Positions 59,509 through 64,000 of a DNA stretch of 64,000 nucleotides are shown here, piece after piece (position 1 is the first letter of the stretch; every line of letters starts with the position of its first letter). The notes under the pieces are model-generated. The model made no database searches and was not told the origin of the DNA. It saw nothing but the letters and a program-made list of their open reading frames with translations. The translations under genes were made by a program, and so were the position numbers. Source of the DNA: a virus (Duplodnaviria > Heunggongvirae > Uroviricota > Caudoviricetes); the IMG/VR virus record IMGVR_UViG_3300033075_001920; one strand, 5' to 3'.

Positions 59509-60342
59509 ATGAACAATACCACAACAATCGCAATCATTATCATTGTCTGTCTTCTTATTATCATTTATTGGAAGAAGATAGTAATCAAAATTCTGTCTTT
59601 CTACACAGCGACAGCCATCACTTTGCACACCGCAAAACTCAATGCAAAGAAAGAAAAAAAACCGATTCCTACGCTTACACCTCTTGACCATTTTGCTAAC
59701 CATGCACCGGCTTGTCCGCACTGGTTTGAACCAAAAATGGCAAGAAAGAGTCCAATTATACGCAAGCATCCCAATATGGGCTCCATTGGTCCAGTTACTC
59801 TCCCCAGCGGTGAAATATTGTCGGAAGATGAGGCTCGCAAATATTTAGATGTTCATTATTCCGAAGATGGTGAATGGATCCAAAATCCAGAAGTGGTAAA
59901 TTTGGATTTATGGGGGAAGTACATTACTCTACCGGAAGGATTTAAGGAGTACATTGACAATTATGTTGCCGAATGGGATAAGGAATGTAAGGCTCATCAG
60001 AAATGGTCAAACGATTATGAACTTCAAAGGAATGTCCAGTGGAGATATTATTTTGCCTCTGCAATGGAAGTTCAATCAAAGAAACAGACTACCCAAAATG
60101 ATTGGTTAATCTTACTTGGGGCATTCTCTTCTCTTTTATCAACCATATCTGCAAAAGACGTAATTGAAAAGTATACTAAGAAAGCCGAATCACATGAATC
60201 TCCAATTGAAGAAAATGAAAAAGCCGAATCAAACGCCAAGCTCGAACCATTACCAGATGAAGTTACTGAGCCTGAAAATACTCTATCCCCTACAGATCAG
60301 AAGCCGGAAGGTATAGACGATAAGGCTTTGGAAAATCAATAG
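59509..60342 (+). CDS. N-terminally anchored membrane protein
   Basis: 277 aa with helix TIAIIIIVCLLIIIYW and an acidic C-terminal tail. Confidence 0.5.
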   Translation: MNNTTTIAIIIIVCLLIIIYWKKIVIKILSFYTATAITLHTAKLNAKKEKKPIPTLTPLDHFANHAPACPHWFEPKMARKSPIIRKHPNMGSIGPVTLPSGEILSEDEARKYLDVHYSEDGEWIQNPEVVNLDLWGKYITLPEGFKEYIDNYVAEWDKECKAHQKWSNDYELQRNVQWRYYFASAMEVQSKKQTTQNDWLILLGAFSSLLSTISAKDVIEKYTKKAESHESPIEENEKAESNAKLEPLPDEVTEPENTLSPTDQKPEGIDDKALENQ

Positions 60343-60377
60343 GAAAATTTGACGTTACAAACTATATAAAAAGTATC

Positions 60378-60719
60378 ATGACTGATCACGAATACCTCGT
60401 AAAGAGCACCATTTTCCGGATATACAACCCAACCACAGTTTTTGTTAAATATGGTCGCGGAATCTGCGATTGTAAAGGCTTTATCATATTGGAAGGAAAG
60501 CATAGGCTATATCTTGATATAAATGGCGGGGAATGGGTGGATATTGAAGAAGTTAAATTAATATTAAGGTCTGGCAGATTTACAAATACGATAGAAACCC
60601 ATTGGAATCTGATTAATCAGGGATATTCAATTCCTGTGAGTGTTCCGGGTGAAAATGGGGCAATCCAGATGGTAAACCCTATTGATATTCCTGATTTAGT
60701 AGTTTTAAAAACAGAATGA
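60378..60719 (+). CDS. hypothetical protein
   Basis: 113-aa ORF. Confidence 0.45.
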   Translation: MTDHEYLVKSTIFRIYNPTTVFVKYGRGICDCKGFIILEGKHRLYLDINGGEWVDIEEVKLILRSGRFTNTIETHWNLINQGYSIPVSVPGENGAIQMVNPIDIPDLVVLKTE

Positions 60720-61348
60720 ATCGAAATTATCAATTTAAAGTAGGTCAAAAGGTCAAGATGCTGGATGAAAGCATATTGGAAGAATGGTGGATGCATGGAG
60801 AAGTTGAAGGTATTTGTTCTGATGCTGTTTTCATCCTTTTTGAAGGGGAAACTGAGTCAACCAGGGTAGAGCCAGCCAACTTCAATTTGATCAGGTTCTT
60901 AAATTGTATTACAATAGGCAAAATAGGTATGTCTACTTATTACCAACCATTTGGATTTGTGGCAAGTTCTGATGTTACTATTCTAAAACCTAACTTTCAA
61001 ATGAGTGTTTATACTGCAATGTTTATAGTATCAATATTGAGTATGGATAAATATAAATGGAGTTATGGACGACAAATACGATTAAATGATTCACAAAAAT
61101 TGTCTGTGATGTTTCCTGTAAATTCTGATGGAGAACCAGATTGGAATTTTATGGACTATTACATAAAAAGTCTACCATATAGTAAAAATTTAGATTCTAT
61201 AAAGCATATTAGTAACGCTCCATTGTCTGATGAACAACTTGTTTCAAAATATGAATCAGGGGGAATTGAATTAGCTACCGCGATGGAACCTATGTTACAA
61301 ACACCAAGCAATTCATCAACACTAAAAAAATCAAAGAAAAAGACCTAA
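60716..61348 (+). CDS. type I S-subunit TRD-like (specificity-domain-like) protein with N-terminal SH3/Tudor-like extension
   Basis: GKIGMSTYYQPFGFVASSDVTILKP...YTAMFIVSIL...KWSYGRQIRLNDSQKLSVMFPVNSDGEPDWNFMDYYIKSL resembles a half HsdS target-recognition domain. Weak call made by eye. Confidence 0.3.
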   Translation: MNRNYQFKVGQKVKMLDESILEEWWMHGEVEGICSDAVFILFEGETESTRVEPANFNLIRFLNCITIGKIGMSTYYQPFGFVASSDVTILKPNFQMSVYTAMFIVSILSMDKYKWSYGRQIRLNDSQKLSVMFPVNSDGEPDWNFMDYYIKSLPYSKNLDSIKHISNAPLSDEQLVSKYESGGIELATAMEPMLQTPSNSSTLKKSKKKT

Positions 61349-61398
61349 AATTTAGGTTTATTTGGTACACTAAACTATATAATTGCCTAAATAAAAAT

Positions 61399-62217
61399 AT
61401 GATTATACATGGATATTCTGAAAAAGAATTACTAAAGATAGCTGATAGTAGTATTGATTTAATAATAACATCACCACCATACGCGGATCGTCGAAAAAAA
61501 ACATATGGTGGTATATCAGAGGATGAATATGTAGAATGGTTTAAGCCTATTGCTATTCAAATAAAAAGAATTTTAAAACCCTCAGGTAGTTTTTTTTTAA
61601 ATATAAAGCCACACACCAACAATGGAGAGCGAAGTTTATATGTCTTTGATTTAATACTCATGCTCACCAGGGAATTAAAATTTAGATTTTGCGATGAATT
61701 TTGTTGGACAAAATTGGGCGTTCCAGGTAGATTTAAAGGGCGTTTCAAAAATGCCTTTGAACCTATATATCATTTTACATTAGAATCTGGATATAAACAC
61801 AATCCATATAGTGTTGCTGAAAAAGCAAAAGAGACTTCAATAAAAAGATATAAAAGAAAAGCATGCGGGGAAAGTAAAAATGGTAGCGGCTTTGCTGGTA
61901 TGCGAAAAGAAATTACTAGCCATCTTGCACTACCCAGCAATCATTTACATATTCCACAAAAATCTAATCAATATACCATTGAAAAAAAACATTCAGCGGT
62001 TTTTCCAGTTGCACTATCTAGTTTTTTTATAAAAGCCTTTAGTGATGAAGGTGATACAATTTTAGATTGTTTCGGAGGAAGTGGAACGGTTGCTATATCG
62101 TGTATTGAAACAAATCGAAACTATATTATAATTGAAAAAGAGAAGGCGAATGTAAAATTGATTAACAAGCGAATAAAAATGAAAATTGGGTTGGATAAAA
62201 ATAATAACGATATTTGA
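61399..62217 (+). CDS. DNA methyltransferase, N4-cytosine/N6-adenine (beta class, SPPY)
   Basis: LIITSPPYA (motif IV), HSAVFPVAL and ILDCFGGSGT (motif I). Confidence 0.8.
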   Translation: MIIHGYSEKELLKIADSSIDLIITSPPYADRRKKTYGGISEDEYVEWFKPIAIQIKRILKPSGSFFLNIKPHTNNGERSLYVFDLILMLTRELKFRFCDEFCWTKLGVPGRFKGRFKNAFEPIYHFTLESGYKHNPYSVAEKAKETSIKRYKRKACGESKNGSGFAGMRKEITSHLALPSNHLHIPQKSNQYTIEKKHSAVFPVALSSFFIKAFSDEGDTILDCFGGSGTVAISCIETNRNYIIIEKEKANVKLINKRIKMKIGLDKNNNDI

Positions 62218-62224
62218 ATTATAC

Positions 62225-62880
62225 ATGAACTTACTCGAATTATTCGCTGGTAGCCGATCTATTGGTAAGATTGCGGAAAAACACAATATAAATGTTTTCA
62301 GTTCGGATATTGAACCATTTACTGATATTGATTATGTTGTAAATATTCTTAATTTTGATTGCTCCAAAGTGCCATTTATTCCCGATATAATATGGGCATC
62401 CCCCCCCTGCACTTTCTTCTCTGTGGCATCAATTGGGCGGCATTGGCACATCAATAATACCCCGAAGACAGAAAACGCTGTCTTGGGCGTTAAAATCGTT
62501 CAGAAGACAAGAGATATTATTGAATACTTTTTAAAATTGAATCCTGATCTTATTTGGTTTATGGAAAATCCGCTTGGCAAATTAAGAAAATTACCGGTTG
62601 TGGAAGGTTTGCCTCGGGCGACAATTACTTATTGCAGCTATGGAGATACCCGCATGAAACCAACGGATATTTGGTCCAACCATATTTAATTTATGATTCA
62701 AAGTTCAGATTGAATGGATGGAAGCCAATTGAAAGGTGCCTGCCATCAACTCAAACATGTCATCATGAAAAGGCGACTAGGGGAAGCAAGACTGGAACGC
62801 AAGGTCTGAAAGGATCATATCTTCGAAGTAAAATACCAGAAAAATTGTGTGAGGCAATTATTTCGTCTACATTGGCATGA
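62225..62880 (+). pseudogene. small DNA (cytosine-5) methyltransferase, frameshifted
   Basis: LELFAGSRSIG (I), ASPPCTFFS (IV, PC) and FMENP (VI) in one frame stop at TAA 62687-62689. The conserved tail (RLNGWKP..C..TCHHEKATRGSKTGTQGL...IPEKLC) continues in the -1 frame. The break is at a short T-run (62685-62687). Confidence 0.7.
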
Positions 62881-62899
62881 CTATTGGACATAATAATGT

Positions 62900-63865
62900 A
62901 TGACTGGAATGGAGTCTTATGATAAATACATTGTTGCCTTCTCTGGTGGCAAGGATTCAACGGTATGTTTCTTACATCTGCTGGATCTCGGAATTCCAAA
63001 AGAAAAGATTGAATTATGGCACTGTCTGATTGATGGTAAAGGACCGGTCTATATGGATTGGGAAGTTACCGAGGACTATTGCAGAAAATTTGCGGAAGCT
63101 TTCGGGGTTAAAATTTACTTTGCATGGAAGGAAGGTGGTTTCAAAAAGGAAATGTACAGAGAAAATGCTCTGACAGCTCCAACCACATTTGAAATTCCGG
63201 AAGGCGGAACTAAGACTATTGGAGGCGTCCGTGGCAAACTCACCACAAGGCGTAAATTTCCGCAGGTAAGCCCCGATCTGAATGTGAGATGGTGTAGTGC
63301 CTATCTGAAAATAGATGTGTGCTCTGCTGCCATCAGAAATCAGTCAAGGTTTGACGGATTAAAGACAATTGTGATATCCGGTGAGCGCGGGGAAGAATCT
63401 GCTGCCCGTGCAAAATATGCTGAATTTGAAGTGGATAGGGCGGATGGAAGAAATGGCAGAGGAAAGCGGCACGTCGATCGCGGCAGGTTGATAAAGGATT
63501 GGACCGAGGCTCAGGTATGGGATATCATATCAAAATACAAAGTTGTGGTGCATCCATGTTACTATATGGGATGGTCAAGGTGCAGTTGTAAGTTCTGCAT
63601 CTTTGGCAATGCTGACCAATTTAAATCAGCCTACACGGTTTCTCCGACTCAGGGGGAACTGCTTATATCAGCCGAGGAAGAATTCGGTGTCACAATGAAG
63701 CGGAAAGGTTCTATAAGGGATTTGGTGAGTGCTGGCAATGATTACCCGGGCATATCATCAAGCACAATCGAACTAGCCACCAATCACATCTATACCGGCC
63801 AGATATTTACTCAGCAATGGAATCTTCCAATGGGAGCATTCGGAAATGGATGTGGACCATCTTGA
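62900..63865 (+). CDS. PAPS reductase family (PP-loop ATPase) protein
   Basis: IVAFSGGKDST (SGGxDS PP-loop), VRWCSAYLKIDV and a C-terminal Cys cluster (CYYMGWSRCSCKFCIF). Confidence 0.7.
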   Translation: MTGMESYDKYIVAFSGGKDSTVCFLHLLDLGIPKEKIELWHCLIDGKGPVYMDWEVTEDYCRKFAEAFGVKIYFAWKEGGFKKEMYRENALTAPTTFEIPEGGTKTIGGVRGKLTTRRKFPQVSPDLNVRWCSAYLKIDVCSAAIRNQSRFDGLKTIVISGERGEESAARAKYAEFEVDRADGRNGRGKRHVDRGRLIKDWTEAQVWDIISKYKVVVHPCYYMGWSRCSCKFCIFGNADQFKSAYTVSPTQGELLISAEEEFGVTMKRKGSIRDLVSAGNDYPGISSSTIELATNHIYTGQIFTQQWNLPMGAFGNGCGPS

Positions 63866-63893
63866 TTTGAAATCTCGAAAAGTTTCTGGACCG

Positions 63894-63918
63894 GCCGCCT
63901 GATGAGGGCGGTTTTTTT
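63894..63918 (+). terminator. rho-independent terminator
   Basis: CCGCC (63895-63899) pairs with GGCGG (63907-63911), extendable by G-U pairs, followed by T7. Confidence 0.6.
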
Positions 63919-63946
63919 ATGCCGGGATGAAATGGTTTCCCGGCAT
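63919..63946. other. perfect 9-bp stem hairpin at the right edge of the AT-rich element
   Basis: ATGCCGGGA (63919-63927) and TCCCGGCAT (63938-63946) with a 10-nt loop. Sequence to the right becomes GC-rich. Confidence 0.55.
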
Positions 63947-64000
63947 TCAAAGTGTCCGTCAGGCAGCGAAGAAGTGAGAGAGCATCGCGCGCACGCCCTG

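Noticed and set aside
62554-62680. N-terminal ~40 codons of track ORF 62554-62880 (MVYGKSAWQIKKITGCGRFASGDNYLLQLWRYPHETNGY).
   Set aside because: This part is the out-of-frame shadow of the methyltransferase's main frame (ENPLGKLRKLPVVEGLPRATITYCSYGDTRMKPTDIW). Only the segment after ~62687 carries the conserved methyltransferase tail.
1-64000. CRISPR arrays, diversity-generating retroelements, transposons/IS elements and an integrase.
   Set aside because: There are no regularly spaced direct repeats and no reverse-transcriptase (YxDD) or transposase/integrase-like ORFs. There are also no template/variable repeat pairs near the fibre genes. The only repeats found are those reported.

Overview
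The window reads as almost one complete, AT-rich phage or prophage genome, with no cellular housekeeping genes. All calls were made by eye from the sequence and ORF track, with no database search, so family names are motif-level hypotheses. Promoter boxes match the Bacteroidota TAnnTTTG -7 consensus, and several lipoprotein signal peptides fit that host. There are three transcription blocks. (1) 1-31.8 kb on the + strand is a late or virion block. It has an FtsK/HerA (A32/P9-like) packaging ATPase, a small beta-rich capsid candidate with a strong promoter and terminator, about 28 small single-helix membrane proteins, several cell-wall enzymes and fibre-like proteins. I see no terminase, portal or tape measure. 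(2) 31.8-52.2 kb on the - strand is an accessory or early block. It holds a disrupted C5 methyltransferase with a striking two-frame region, TylF-like, N6/N4 and gamma-type N6A methyltransferases, DUF5131, an SPFH protein, an XRE regulator and lipoprotein or OMP-like morons. (3) 52.4-63.9 kb on the + strand has an SGNH esterase plus a signal-anchored muramidase, two PAPS-reductase-like PP-loop proteins, an SPPY methyltransferase and a second broken C5 methyltransferase. The leads I rate highest are a tailless internal-membrane virion on a genome of at least 64 kb, a recurrent F-x-N-A-D-G motif, an 18-bp palindromic operator present three times, and the dual-frame and tandem-stop methyltransferase locus. 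No tRNA, rRNA, CRISPR array, integrase or transposase was seen.
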